From an uncultured Bdellovibrionales bacterium (GTDB lineage: Bacteria; Bdellovibrionota_C; UBA2361; J135), in NCBI GenBank assembly GCA_964523015.1, contig CAZFXN010000001.1, positions 8,976-72,975 on the forward strand: a DNA stretch of 64,000 nucleotides, in the 5' to 3' direction. Position numbers and translations under genes: made by a program. Positions 17,104 to 27,480 of this stretch are shown here, piece by piece. The notes under the pieces were generated by a model. The model did no database searches, was not told the DNA's origin, and worked only from the letters and a program-made list of their open reading frames with translations. Each line of letters opens with the position of its first letter. Position 1 is the first letter of the stretch.

Positions 17104-18381
17104 TCATCTCTCGATCCCTAAGATCTTTTTAGCTTCTTCTGGCAAAACTAACCAAGCTTTTTCAGCTTGTCCTGATTCTCTAGTTAAATAATCCCAAAGT
17201 GGTTCACACTTTCCTAAAGATTCCTTTCTCCCATCATCAAGTAATACTTGCATTGAACTCTTAAGATCACCGGCATGTACATCTTCAGTGGTGATATGGT
17301 GTAAGTAATAAGTGGGATCAAATCCAGCATCGGACACTGCTTGTCTCGCTCGCGCAAACAACTGCTTTGAATCTTCCCCTTTTGGAATACGTATAGTTTT
17401 AAGTAAATTTCTATTTATTAATCGATCTGATAGATCACGTAAAATTGTGTCCTCCTCCTTTGACCACATTAATACGTGATAATTCCACCACGATTCTCTC
17501 ATGGCAAAGATCGTATCAAGAGGTAGCTCTAATGAATTCTTACTATTTAAAACCTGCCTTGAATATTGATCAGTAAATTTAAGATCCTTACCTAGATGCC
17601 GTGCCCGATCAACTATCGCTTTATTAAGAGTTTCAGAGGAAAGGAGTACTCGATGATGATAAACCTGGCGATACATTGAATGTCTAGCAATAGCAAAATG
17701 CACCATCGCATCCAATCTATTCTCCCTTAAAGCTATATGGCCATCAGAGGTAATAACCATTGATTCAATAAGTGCTGGAATATTATAACGACCATAGGTG
17801 ACCCCAGCCATTACACTATCAACGATACACCAATTCCCTCTATCAACATTCCATCCACCACCTGAGATAACCTCCCAAGTCCAAGGAGGAATATCTTCAG
17901 ATTCGGATAGAATTTTGCAAACCTTATCTGATAAATCTTTCCCATATTTATTCAGCACTGCTTGTATCTGAGGATCTTCTTGAATAATTTTAATTGAAAC
18001 TTCTTCGTGGCAATCCGGTGCGCCAGGATACCAAGTCTTATAGGCGGTATGAGATCCTGGAGCAATATGGCCAATATCATGAAGCAGGGCTGCCGCACTA
18101 ACAGCCGTTCTATACTCCTCTATCTCTTTAGCCTCCTTTTCTGAATATTGAGCCAATTGATTCATCAAATGACATGCTAGGTAAGCAACCCCTAATGAAT
18201 GACCAAACCTAGAATGCTCAGAGAACATATAAACTAATTTAGTGTTTCCTGTTTGGGCAATATCACGCAATCTTTGAAACCAATTAGTATCAACTAGATC
18301 TAAAACAATTGCTTCTGACTCTATATTTTTAGAGAAGTACATCGTTTGATGAACGACATCTGCAAAGGAAATTTTTGACAT
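17104..18381 (-). CDS. HD-domain dNTP triphosphohydrolase-like phosphohydrolase
   Basis: HD motif FGHSLGVAYLA...LLHDIGHIAPGSH. Overall pattern of the dGTPase/COG1078 family. Confidence 0.7.
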   Translation of the reverse strand: MSKISFADVVHQTMYFSKNIESEAIVLDLVDTNWFQRLRDIAQTGNTKLVYMFSEHSRFGHSLGVAYLACHLMNQLAQYSEKEAKEIEEYRTAVSAAALLHDIGHIAPGSHTAYKTWYPGAPDCHEEVSIKIIQEDPQIQAVLNKYGKDLSDKVCKILSESEDIPPWTWEVISGGGWNVDRGNWCIVDSVMAGVTYGRYNIPALIESMVITSDGHIALRENRLDAMVHFAIARHSMYRQVYHHRVLLSSETLNKAIVDRARHLGKDLKFTDQYSRQVLNSKNSLELPLDTIFAMRESWWNYHVLMWSKEEDTILRDLSDRLINRNLLKTIRIPKGEDSKQLFARARQAVSDAGFDPTYYLHHITTEDVHAGDLKSSMQVLLDDGRKESLGKCEPLWDYLTRESGQAEKAWLVLPEEAKKILGIER

Positions 18382-18391
18382 GAGACAACTC

Positions 18392-19549
18392 CTAACTAAA
18401 TGAGGCTTGGGTGACAGGGATTGCCTGAGTAGCCACTATTTCAATCCCAAAAGTATTTAAACCGACTAATTTTCTCTTACTATTGGTTAATAGATTAATC
18501 TTTTTTACACCTAAATCTAAAAGTATCTGTGCTCCAATTCCATATTCCTTCATCCGATCTGGGGATAAATTTAACTCATTCCCCACACCACTAATCTCTT
18601 TGGTCAGATGACCCACCTCGATTTTTCTTAGGTATAGCAAAACCCCACTGCCCTCTTTTTGAATTGCCTCAAGGCAACTTGCTATCACATCTCTACTTGA
18701 GGGCTTGAGGCCTCCAAAAACATCAGCAAATGTGTTTTCTGTTTGAACTCTTATCAAGACAGGTTTATTAGAATCTATCTCCCCTTTAACTAAAGCTAAA
18801 TGCTCACCACCATGAAGCTCAGACTCAAAGATATAAGCCTTTAACTCTCCGGCTATGCTACTAGGGATAACAGTTTGAGCGACTCTAGATACGATCCTCT
18901 CTTTCTCTAATTTATACCGGATAATATCACTTAGTTTTATAAGGGGGAGCTCGAGCTTTTTAGAAAGGGTGAGCTGATCGCTCGAATTTAAAAATTCTCC
19001 CTCTTGAGATAAGAGGTCAATCATTACCGCTGCATCACTTACTCCTAGAGATGAAACAACATCAAGTGCTCCTTCAATTAGAGAATTTCTAACTAAAACA
19101 CCTCCTTTTCGAGCCTCAACAGGAAAGATATGTCCAGGGCTAACTAGCTTTCGTTTATCTGGAACCTCTTCTCCTAAAATTCTAATTGTACAGGCTCTAT
19201 CTGCGATGCTTATTCCTGTGCTTACTCCCTCTCGTGCCTCAACAGAGATACAGTGTCCATTAAGATCACTTTCATTATTAGGTGAGATCCTTCTAGCAGA
19301 CTTCATTTTAGTTAACCCAAAATCTGCTACCCGCTGTGGGCCTACTACAACATAAACTAACCCATGGGCAATGCTAATCATCTCATTTAAGACTGATTCT
19401 TTAATATCTTGGGCGAATGAAACTAAGACAGCACGAGGATTCTCGCCACAATCATCTGAAAGAATAAGAATTTTTCGTTCTTTAAAATTTTTGAGGCTTA
19501 TTGCGATATCACCAGACATAGCGGTTTTGTAATAAATTAAGGAGCACAA
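18392..19549 (-). CDS. RibBA-like protein (DHBP synthase + GTP cyclohydrolase II folds) lacking catalytic residues
   Basis: N-half aligns to RibB (SPGHIFPVEARKGGVLVR) but has DDCGENPRAV where RibB has DDEDRENEGD. C-half aligns to RibA (GVLLYLR...GIGAQILLDLGVKKINLLTN) but lacks the three Zn-ligand Cys (LIRVQTENTFADVFGGLKPSSRD vs SECLTGD...RCDCG). Confidence 0.65.
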   Translation of the reverse strand: MCSLIYYKTAMSGDIAISLKNFKERKILILSDDCGENPRAVLVSFAQDIKESVLNEMISIAHGLVYVVVGPQRVADFGLTKMKSARRISPNNESDLNGHCISVEAREGVSTGISIADRACTIRILGEEVPDKRKLVSPGHIFPVEARKGGVLVRNSLIEGALDVVSSLGVSDAAVMIDLLSQEGEFLNSSDQLTLSKKLELPLIKLSDIIRYKLEKERIVSRVAQTVIPSSIAGELKAYIFESELHGGEHLALVKGEIDSNKPVLIRVQTENTFADVFGGLKPSSRDVIASCLEAIQKEGSGVLLYLRKIEVGHLTKEISGVGNELNLSPDRMKEYGIGAQILLDLGVKKINLLTNSKRKLVGLNTFGIEIVATQAIPVTQASFS

Positions 19550-19779
19550 TGATACTTAATCTCCCTAAAAATAGCAAAATTTCTCATTATTATTTAGGTA
19601 ATATTCGCAGAAAAATCGCTCATAAGCATGGTGGCAATCAGATAGAAATAAATGATTATAATTTATCTTAGAAAATTATACTGATCTAAAAAGTGTGGTC
19701 AAGAAACTGCATTCCTCCTCCGATACTAAGATATAAGTTAGCGATCTTTATCTTTAAGCCTCAAGGGTAGTGGGTAGTA

Positions 19780-20223
19780 ATGGAACCATCAGTTGAGTTA
19801 AATAATGTAGCTAATAATGCAAATCTAAAAATTATAGAGGCTCGCCGAACAGCTTTTGTAGCAAGATTTATTGTCCTAAGAGAAGCTAGACGAACACGAG
19901 CTCACAGAAATATCGAAAAAATGGACTGGTATATTCATACCTCAGCTGAAGAGTTAGCTGAGCGGTTTCGTCAAGCTTTTATAGAGAATGGCGACAACAT
20001 GGTGCCAGTGAATCGCGATATCCGACGTGCTTTGGCTCATGCGGAAAGATCAATAAATCATTTCATTGGTGAATACGCATCAAGATCTACTTACAATTTC
20101 ATTGACTCTTTATGTGACTATGAGCGATCTAACAAGCTTCTCTTCGGTGAAGATGAGTCTCCAAAAGCTGGTGGGTGGCGACTTATTCAAGAGTTGCTAA
20201 GAGAAAGAACTCCTAAGAAATAA
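19780..20223 (+). CDS. hypothetical protein
   Basis: 147-aa ORF divergent from the ribBA-like operon. No recognisable motif. Confidence 0.4.
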   Translation: MEPSVELNNVANNANLKIIEARRTAFVARFIVLREARRTRAHRNIEKMDWYIHTSAEELAERFRQAFIENGDNMVPVNRDIRRALAHAERSINHFIGEYASRSTYNFIDSLCDYERSNKLLFGEDESPKAGGWRLIQELLRERTPKK

Positions 20224-20226
20224 AGA

Positions 20227-20565
20227 TTAAGATTTCTTAATCTTTGACTGCTCAGGATCTATTATATCTCCAAGATGATCATGATCATCTCGCCATTCTT
20301 TATCTGTAAAATAGAGAAAGCAGAGAATTTCTGCTACTAATTTAAAACTCTCTTCTGGTATTGTATTGCCCGTTTCTATCTTTGATAAAAGATCTGACAG
20401 GGTGTCATCTTTAGTAACTGGCACGCCATTTGATTTAGCAATCGCTACGATCTGTCGAGCTAACTCCCCATATCCTTTTGCTACGATGGTAGGAATCTCA
20501 CTAGCATCATGATATTTAAGCGCAATAGCACGCTCTCGATCCTTATTGTCTTGTTCATCACTCAT
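20227..20565 (-). CDS. FlhB C-terminal domain-like protein (YlqH/EscU-fragment family)
   Basis: IPTIVAKGYGELARQIVAIAKSNGVPVTKDDTLSDLL...EESFKLVAEILCFLYF matches the FlhB/EscU cytoplasmic-domain pattern. Confidence 0.6.
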   Translation of the reverse strand: MSDEQDNKDRERAIALKYHDASEIPTIVAKGYGELARQIVAIAKSNGVPVTKDDTLSDLLSKIETGNTIPEESFKLVAEILCFLYFTDKEWRDDHDHLGDIIDPEQSKIKKS

Positions 20566-20626
20566 ATCGGATGCACCAAGAAATTAGCAAAAACTTACTG
20601 TAATGAAAGTTTGAGAATAAATAGCT

Positions 20627-21160
20627 TTAAGCAGCCTGCTGCTCAGCTATAACTGTTTGCTCATCGATAATCTTATCGACCTCTTCAATTAATGAGCCGA
20701 TTGCATATGCCCAAACGTATTGACCTGCTTTTCTGCCAGTTAATACCTCGGCAATCTGTCCCTTATCCTGGACACGGTGCTTTAAAAATAGCTGGCGACC
20801 ATCAGTTACTAAGATCACATCTTGAGGGCTTTTATTAATATTAGGCAATTTCTTTCTTAGGTAATCTATACCTCTTCTAAATCTATTAACTGGCAACCCC
20901 TCTCTCTTCATTCTAAAAAGCCAACACAAGAGCACCACATCTGAATAGGTATATTTTTTTCTTCCGCGACAGAGAGTTTTTCCACTGCAAGGGACAAGGT
21001 TTGTTCTAGCATAATAATTAAGAAGTGCTAATCCGACCTTATCGGCATTACCAGAAAGCGCTCGAAGAATGGCTTGCACCTCTTTCGCAGAGAACTCTTT
21101 ATTCTGTAAATGAACTGCCATAGCTAATTTCCCGTCGCTTTTAGAATTGTGCCTCAACAA
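20627..21160 (-). CDS. hypothetical protein
   Basis: ORF with a TTG start in the track. ATG at 21122 is more likely. Basic, with no clear domain. Confidence 0.4.
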   Translation of the reverse strand: MLRHNSKSDGKLAMAVHLQNKEFSAKEVQAILRALSGNADKVGLALLNYYARTNLVPCSGKTLCRGRKKYTYSDVVLLCWLFRMKREGLPVNRFRRGIDYLRKKLPNINKSPQDVILVTDGRQLFLKHRVQDKGQIAEVLTGRKAGQYVWAYAIGSLIEEVDKIIDEQTVIAEQQAA

Positions 21161-21363
21161 CAGAACTAAAAGCTAATCCGCTCTTAAATTTCTGTCAATC
21201 TGAAATCTAACTGCAAAATCCCTTCCTTACGAAGCCCAACGATCAAAATAACATATTTGGCCACAAGAATGGAAAGCATCTCTTAGTTCAAGAATTCTAC
21301 CTCAGGTAAACTAATTAGTCACCTAGGTTTAATACGTTTAAAATTAATAAGTTCCGTAATTCT

Positions 21364-22245
21364 CTACCTAATTTCCTGTAAGATTAACGCTGTAGGGACT
21401 GGATCTCGTCCTGCAATAGATTGCTCATAGACTAAACTATCATTTTGATCCTTGACTGAAATATAAAGTTGGGCAGAGCCTCCGCCATCTAAATTTAAAG
21501 CGTCCACACAATTTATCCTTGAATCAGTTAGGATTCTCTGTAATTCAGACATTGTAACACCTCCAAAGGTAGATCGTGAGCAGAAAAAAATTAATCGATC
21601 CTGCGCGTCAATACAAACTCCTGCACGACGTGAGGCTACCTGACTCTGCTTCAGGCCCTGCACTGGGTTACCTGAGGAGAGTAATCTTGGCCCAGCTTGA
21701 GTTGCCTCTAAAATCCCATCTACTTGAAAAGCTCCGCGATTGATAATTGAAATCCCATTGTTTGTAACTTGAAATATCCCTGTTAAAACTTTTCCACCCT
21801 TATGGATCGGATTAAGAGATATTCCACGACTTACGATAAGACCAAGTGGTTCTCCATTAGGATCAAAAAAATTTGAGTTGATTGCCAAAACAGCACCTGA
21901 GGAATTAGCAATGGATTTTACAGTGCTTCGGTTTGATCCATATTCCTTTGCTCTAACAACTTTGACACGGAATTTATCTAGTTTAGTTCTGGCAAAAAGA
22001 AGGGAGGCTGAAAAAATACCTCCATCCGTAGTAGATAGTTCAACAACTTCGAAATCTGGTGCTATTTCCTTCCAATTTGGCTGGGGATTGATGGATTTTA
22101 CTGCCTGAATATTCTCTTGTCCCTTATCTGGAGCTGTTTCAGCATAACCTAAAGGTATCGATATTCCGAGACAGAAGCTGATGACTACTGAGGATAACAA
22201 CGAGTGAATAGAAACAGACTGTAACATTAGAAAACAGCGTATCAC
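21364..22245 (-). CDS. secreted phosphodiester glycosidase family protein (NAGPA/DUF2233-like)
   Basis: Signal peptide. SGAVLAINSNFFD...GLIVSRG...ATQAGPRLLSSG...CVDALNLDGGGSAQLY matches the phosphodiester glycosidase domain pattern. Confidence 0.6.
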   Translation of the reverse strand: MIRCFLMLQSVSIHSLLSSVVISFCLGISIPLGYAETAPDKGQENIQAVKSINPQPNWKEIAPDFEVVELSTTDGGIFSASLLFARTKLDKFRVKVVRAKEYGSNRSTVKSIANSSGAVLAINSNFFDPNGEPLGLIVSRGISLNPIHKGGKVLTGIFQVTNNGISIINRGAFQVDGILEATQAGPRLLSSGNPVQGLKQSQVASRRAGVCIDAQDRLIFFCSRSTFGGVTMSELQRILTDSRINCVDALNLDGGGSAQLYISVKDQNDSLVYEQSIAGRDPVPTALILQEIR

Positions 22246-22267
22246 TTAATAAATAAATATACTAAGT

Positions 22268-22305
22268 CCAAAAAAAATAAGCCGGTCAAGGGCTATTGAC
22301 CGGCT
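22268..22305 (-). terminator. intrinsic terminator on minus strand (no annotated gene upstream of it)
   Basis: Minus strand reads gccggtcaatagcccttgaccggc followed by tta-TTTTTTTT, a 9-bp GC-rich stem plus a T8 run. Confidence 0.55.
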
Positions 22306-22840
22306 TACAAGACAGACTGTCTATACCTCGCAAGAGTGGTTCTCTTCAATAAGAAAGCATCTAGAATTTTAACTAACACAAAGACAGAAAGACGTGGGCT
22401 GATGTGTGTGGTTCAAGGAGGTGTCTTTCAAATCCTTATATTCTTAAAAAGTAGACGTATATATCCCTCTTAAATTAGTTCTCCACTTTACAATAGAAAG
22501 TAGAGCAAGCCTTGTGCCAACATTAATGGATCCTTCAGTGTACTGAGATCTAGTCTTAAACAAGGTTTTAACGTCCTCCATCTCATCTTAATCACTAGAT
22601 CTATATTAAAAATTTAGATTTACCTTGATTTTATACCTTCCAGGCCATTAAGAGTTTATATGAACGTCTATCTATACAAGGATCAAAGTAGGCAATTTTT
22701 TCCTAAAAATTCTCTTTACCGATAAAACCTGCCGATCGGTTTTCAGTTGAATTTAATAACTAGATCGATTACCCTGCGCCTTCCGAATTAATAGGCCCTG
22801 CAATTTAACACTATAATCTTAATCCACTGTAAAGTAGTTC

Positions 22841-23374
22841 ATGGAAGAGCAAACATTCAGATCGAGACTTGTTGAGTTATTAAGCAAAAGCAGGAAAGCT
22901 GTCCGACTATATAGTGGGATAAGTCGCTCTAAAAGAGGCTCCGCTCTAGCAGAACTACAAGCAAATGAATGGTTAAGTATTAACTCTGAGCTTGTTACCC
23001 TCCTCTCCTCAATGCTTGATGATCTCTCAGTAAAAAATCTTACATCTGAAGCATCAATATTACTTGAGCAATTCTTATCTCGTTATCAGATAACAGTTGA
23101 GGAGATGCATTCAAAAAAGAGAAAGTTGATTGAACACGCAGAAACATCTGACTTTGCTCAATCTGTTGTATTAAGTCGTGAACTTGTCGCTATTAAGGCA
23201 CGCGCACAGGCACTGCAAGCCGTTTACAATGAGATTAAAGCTACTGTTAAAAGATCTCGTCCAAAAGTTGAGCCTGTCACGATCAATGAGGATGAACTAT
23301 TCACTAAGATAGAAACCGAAAAGCCAACTATGGCTAAGATCATCCCTTTGAGACAAAAGATCAGCTTAGGATAG
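22841..23374 (+). CDS. hypothetical coiled-coil protein
   Basis: 177-aa ORF, charged and helical. No motif recognised. Confidence 0.45.
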   Translation: MEEQTFRSRLVELLSKSRKAVRLYSGISRSKRGSALAELQANEWLSINSELVTLLSSMLDDLSVKNLTSEASILLEQFLSRYQITVEEMHSKKRKLIEHAETSDFAQSVVLSRELVAIKARAQALQAVYNEIKATVKRSRPKVEPVTINEDELFTKIETEKPTMAKIIPLRQKISLG

Positions 23375-23918
23375 GAAATTTTCTTTTTTCGATCATTCTA
23401 CCTCTATCATTTTGCAGCTGTTTGACACATCCATACAGTATTTTATTTAACCATTCTGTCTAGGCATTCTGATTAGACTTATATTATTAGTTTTTGTACG
23501 AATTCCTCTTGATCTTTTTAGTTTAAATAGGTTAAACCAACAGAGTCGCAAAGAAGTTTTTAAGGCTACTCCATAAATTTGTAAGAGGTCCAAAGTATTG
23601 TCTGCTCTTCTACAATTAGTTGTTGATAATAGTACCAGCCTAGAGTGTGGTAATGACAACGAGAATAATCAACTTACCCATAATCAGCCAAAGATAAAAC
23701 TAGCTAGAACTCTACTAGAAAGAGCATCAATGCTTCTGTGCGATCTTGGAAGTGGATACTCCTCTGTTTCATCGATCATCGATGAGTGTAAAGAGATGTT
23801 AGGACGTCGGGACTGTGAACCTTTTGCTAACCTAGCTCAAGATCAAAGCCTAGAAGATCTTCCTTAATATCCCCTTAATAAACAGACATCATAAATGGTG
23901 CTGTTTAAATAGTGCTGC

Positions 23919-24458
23919 TTACCCTAAGTGAGTGAGCAACCGAACAGGAGATCCTGTGAATGCAGAAGCAACAGGAACTGGCCCAGGTCCAAAGGTTCGA
24001 TCAATAAGAGCAGCCCAACAAGTAATATTAATTCCTTTCAATGTAGCTTTAGTATGAGCTTCCAGACTTGAGCGCGCTGTTGTGATAACATCAGTGACAA
24101 GAATTGTTCTCGCACCTTTATATCTCTCCCCATGACCATTTGATAGTTTCTTTTCCAGATACTGCTCAAGAGGAACCTCTTTACTATCAGGTCGAAACTC
24201 AGAGAAAACAACGGAGAGTCGTTCAGCAAAGAAGCTATAGCCGCCGGGTAATTTTAAAATTAATTCTGGAAACTGTTGGTTATTAACCTCCAAGATTCTT
24301 TTAGCTACATATCTAGCACAGATATTAAGGTCTTCATCACTGAGATCTTCCACCCGATAATACACACTACTCTCACAACGAGAGCCAATGCTAACAGGTT
24401 CATCAAACTCTTCGGTAATCTTACTAAAAATCTCGCTTACTTCCTCAAAGTCGACCAT
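23919..24458 (-). CDS. type I phosphoribosyltransferase-domain protein
   Basis: PRPP-binding-like motif TILVTDVITTARSSLEA followed by ALIDRT. Confidence 0.5.
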   Translation of the reverse strand: MVDFEEVSEIFSKITEEFDEPVSIGSRCESSVYYRVEDLSDEDLNICARYVAKRILEVNNQQFPELILKLPGGYSFFAERLSVVFSEFRPDSKEVPLEQYLEKKLSNGHGERYKGARTILVTDVITTARSSLEAHTKATLKGINITCWAALIDRTFGPGPVPVASAFTGSPVRLLTHLG

Positions 24459-24582
24459 ATCACCCTCTCTTTATTGAGCGGTAATTCTATCACAAAAGGA
24501 AGAGATCCGTAAGATGAATATAAGCGCTCCCTGTATATGGCTGAGGATATTCATCCATAACAGGTTTTACTCTCAGTATAAC

Positions 24583-24987
24583 TTACTTGATCGTCCTAAC
24601 TTTTCGCTCCGCCGAGCTAACCGCTAACGAAAGCGTAGCTTGCTGATTTTCAATATTTGAATAATAGGAATCAATTTCTGGAACAAGTAATCCTGAACTA
24701 ATATCAGAGATAGAACAGAGCCGTTGAACCTTATCAAGGGTCTGTAAAGCCAGTGTTGGATTCTTTTTAACGTAATCTTTCGCTATTGCGACAACCTCTT
24801 CCGCATCTCTAAGACCGTGCAGATACCCAGACATGTAAAGTTGTTTGCCATTACTATCTAGGTGCTTCCAGGTTGGATAAAATGGGTCAGCGTAAACGGC
24901 ATTAATAGCCAAAAAGCAACTAAGCGTCACTACCAGGGGGAAAAGATATCGTTTCAAATGCCTAAAATGGGTACAGTAATGTTGCAT
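24583..24987 (-). CDS. secreted hypothetical protein
   Basis: Signal peptide YLFPLVVTLSCFLAINAVYA. Confidence 0.4.
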   Translation of the reverse strand: MQHYCTHFRHLKRYLFPLVVTLSCFLAINAVYADPFYPTWKHLDSNGKQLYMSGYLHGLRDAEEVVAIAKDYVKKNPTLALQTLDKVQRLCSISDISSGLLVPEIDSYYSNIENQQATLSLAVSSAERKVRTIK

Positions 24988-25056
24988 AGATACATCAATC
25001 CTTTATAGTATTGGCACCTTGATTAGACATCAATTATCGCTCTTGGGCAAGATTTC

Positions 25057-26217
25057 ATGGCAACCACAAACTCATTAGTTAAACGAAAGACACGGGAAGT
25101 TCCCATTGGAAACATCGCTGTAGGTGGTAATAACCCTATTGCTGTGCAGAGCATGTGCGCTACTAAGACACAAAATATTGAAGCAACGATAAATCAGATT
25201 AAACTACTAGAGGAACACGGGGCTGATATCATTAGAATTGCAATCGATAGTAAGCGTGACGTTGAGGCTTTAAAAGAGATCCGCACCAAGACAAAGGCCA
25301 ATATTGTAATAGATCTTCAGGAAAATTATCGATTGATCGAATTGGTCGCTCCACTTGTTCAAAAGGTGAGATATAATCCAGGCCACCTTCATCATCATGA
25401 AAAGGAAGTTCCAGTTGAAGAGAAAGTTAAATTCCTCGTAACTACTGCTAAAAAATACGGCATCGCTCTTAGGATTGGTGTAAATTTTGGATCCCTTGAT
25501 CCAAATGCAAAAGAGCGCAGTGAAAGTGATATTGATGCCGCCCTTGATTCTGCCAGTAAGCATGTAACACTTGTTGAAGATCTAAATTTTACAAATTTCG
25601 TTGTTTCACTAAAAAGCTCAGATCCAAATGAAGTGATCGAAATTAATAAAAAATTTGCAACTAAGTATCCTGAAATTCCGCTTCACCTAGGTGTTACGGA
25701 GGCTGGTATGTTGCCAATGGGTGAAATCAAAACTCGGGTTGCTTATGAAAATCTAATTCCGCTAGGAATTGGGGATACAATTCGAGTTTCTCTAACACTC
25801 CCTTTTGCTGAAAAATATCAAGAGATCTTAGTTGGTAAAAAGATTCTTTTAGATATCGAAGAGGGTCGCTTTCGTTCAGTTCCTAAGTTTGTTCAAGAGG
25901 GTCTAAATATTATTTCATGTCCAAGCTGCTCCCGGGTTGAAAATGAAGCATTTATTGAACTAGCTCAAAATGTTCGTGAGATGAGCCAATACGCCTCAAA
26001 GTACAATCTTACTATCGCTGTTATGGGTTGCCGGGTTAATGGACCTGGCGAAACTGATGACGCTGACTTAGGTCTTTGGTGTGCACCAAAGCATGTAAAT
26101 TTAAAACGCAAAGGGGAGCTTGTTGGGGCGTTTGGGTATGATGAGATTTTACCAAGGGTAAAGGCGGAGCTTGATGGGTTGATATGCGGCGAGCCTTTGG
26201 TGGCAAACAGATCTTAA
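25057..26217 (+). CDS. ispG: 4-hydroxy-3-methylbut-2-enyl diphosphate synthase (IspG/GcpE)
   Basis: N-terminal [23 protein letters not shown]...IIRIA matches the IspG TIM-barrel. The C-terminal 4Fe-4S motif is IISCPSCSR...GCRVNGPGE. Confidence 0.85.
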   Translation: MATTNSLVKRKTREVPIGNIAVGGNNPIAVQSMCATKTQNIEATINQIKLLEEHGADIIRIAIDSKRDVEALKEIRTKTKANIVIDLQENYRLIELVAPLVQKVRYNPGHLHHHEKEVPVEEKVKFLVTTAKKYGIALRIGVNFGSLDPNAKERSESDIDAALDSASKHVTLVEDLNFTNFVVSLKSSDPNEVIEINKKFATKYPEIPLHLGVTEAGMLPMGEIKTRVAYENLIPLGIGDTIRVSLTLPFAEKYQEILVGKKILLDIEEGRFRSVPKFVQEGLNIISCPSCSRVENEAFIELAQNVREMSQYASKYNLTIAVMGCRVNGPGETDDADLGLWCAPKHVNLKRKGELVGAFGYDEILPRVKAELDGLICGEPLVANRS

Positions 26218-26232
26218 AGCGAGTCTTCCCTT

Positions 26233-27450
26233 TTAAACTAGAAATTCGCTAATAGGTTGGCTAAAGAATTCTTCGAGTGGAACCCCACCTGAACCAATAA
26301 TGTATACAGAAGATTTTGGATACAATGACTTAAAGACGGAGAGCCCTTTCGGTGTCTTAGGTAACCCGCTCTTAACCTCTAAAGCAAAAATTTGATCTCG
26401 CTGACTAATTACGAAGTCCACCTCATTTTGACTATCTTGCCAGTACGAAAGGTGCCAACTTTTATCTGGAATTGTATTTAAAATATGAGCACCGACAGCG
26501 TTTTCAACAAGACGACCCCATAAGGTTGTATTTTTCCTTGCAGACTCAAAATCATATGTAAGCGAGGAGCTAACAAGCGCATTGTTCCAAGCTATAAGCT
26601 TAGGACTACTGGCTCTTTTTCTTCTCTGTCCTTTAGCAAATTTTTGAATACCTGCAACAAGATATCCACCATTTAAGAGATCAAGATAGTGGGCAAGTGT
26701 TGTAGTATTTCCGGAATCTTGAAGCTGTCCGAGCATCTTATTGTATGACACCACCTGAGCTGGATAAGTACAAACTATTCCAAAAAGCGCACGCAATAAG
26801 GCTGGTTTATGAACCACCGCCCGTTGAAGTACATCGCGAGATATTGCAGGATCAACAAGCGAATCGGATATATATCTCTTCCAAATAGCTTCCTCCGACC
26901 TAAATACTGCAGCACCTGGATATCCACCAAAGTAGATCCACTCATCAAGGGACCAATCAAACGCCTTTTGACACTCTGTAAAACTCCAGTGCGGGAAATA
27001 ATGTAACAAAAATCTCCCAGCTAGGCTTTCGGTTAATCCCTGTTCAAGTAACAATGCCGACGATCCTAAAATTAGAGGCTTAACTATCTCCTTTCTTTTT
27101 TTCTGCCCACTTTTTTTTTGTCCATCCCATAAGCTTTTAATCACCTCACTCCAGCCATGGATTTTTTGTGCTTCATCTAATATGAGGAGGCACTGTCCGC
27201 TCTTCCTTGCGATAAGATTTGCGGTATTCCATTGAGCTTCTATCCACTCTGGAGTGAGAGGTCGTGGTGAATCTGCACTGGAATAGTGAAAAGGCCAATT
27301 TAAAGTTTGTGCAATCTGTTCTGCTGCAGTTGATTTGCCTACTTGCCTTGGGCCAATGATCGCATGAATGATAGGTGGCGATACCTGCAAAAGTTTAATA
27401 ATCTTTTTTGTTTCTTCCCTGATAATCACTTTATTCAAATCGATCTTCAT
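26233..27450 (-). CDS. AAA-type ATPase with DUF4143-like C-terminal domain
   Basis: Walker A IIGPRQVGKST and Walker B LLILDEAQ. Same family as the ORF at 46973..48142 (paralog). Confidence 0.65.
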   Translation of the reverse strand: MKIDLNKVIIREETKKIIKLLQVSPPIIHAIIGPRQVGKSTAAEQIAQTLNWPFHYSSADSPRPLTPEWIEAQWNTANLIARKSGQCLLILDEAQKIHGWSEVIKSLWDGQKKSGQKKRKEIVKPLILGSSALLLEQGLTESLAGRFLLHYFPHWSFTECQKAFDWSLDEWIYFGGYPGAAVFRSEEAIWKRYISDSLVDPAISRDVLQRAVVHKPALLRALFGIVCTYPAQVVSYNKMLGQLQDSGNTTTLAHYLDLLNGGYLVAGIQKFAKGQRRKRASSPKLIAWNNALVSSSLTYDFESARKNTTLWGRLVENAVGAHILNTIPDKSWHLSYWQDSQNEVDFVISQRDQIFALEVKSGLPKTPKGLSVFKSLYPKSSVYIIGSGGVPLEEFFSQPISEFLV

Positions 27451-27462
27451 ATAAATTTAATA

Positions 27463-27480
27463 CTAGCTGATTGAGTAAAA
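27463..27480. promoter_or_regulatory. perfect 8-bp-arm palindrome TTGAGTAAAATTACTCAA in divergent promoter region
   Basis: Read directly. It is followed by a partial third half-site (ctgagtaatttt). It lies between the starts of the 26233..27450 (-) and 27599..28582 (+) genes. Confidence 0.4.

Noticed and set aside
20627-21160. MerR-family regulator call for the 177-aa protein
   Set aside because: The HTH-like segment (YTYSDVVLLCWLFRMKREGLPVNRFRRGIDYL) is in the middle of the protein rather than at the N-terminus, and no effector domain is recognisable. Kept as hypothetical.
22306-22840. tmRNA / RNase P / SRP / 6S RNA in the ORF-free region
   Set aside because: None of the hallmark consensus elements is present on either strand (tmRNA tRNA-like ends and tag ORF, RNase P GNAA/AGGGCA P4 region, SRP domain IV AGGUCAGGUCCGGAAGGAAGCAGC). 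It is left as an unclassified candidate ncRNA.
23598-23867. 89-aa plus-strand ORF in the 540-bp gap between 22841..23374 and the PRTase gene
   Set aside because: No RBS, atypical composition, and it partly overlaps a minus-strand ORF of similar size. It could be real but the evidence is insufficient to call.
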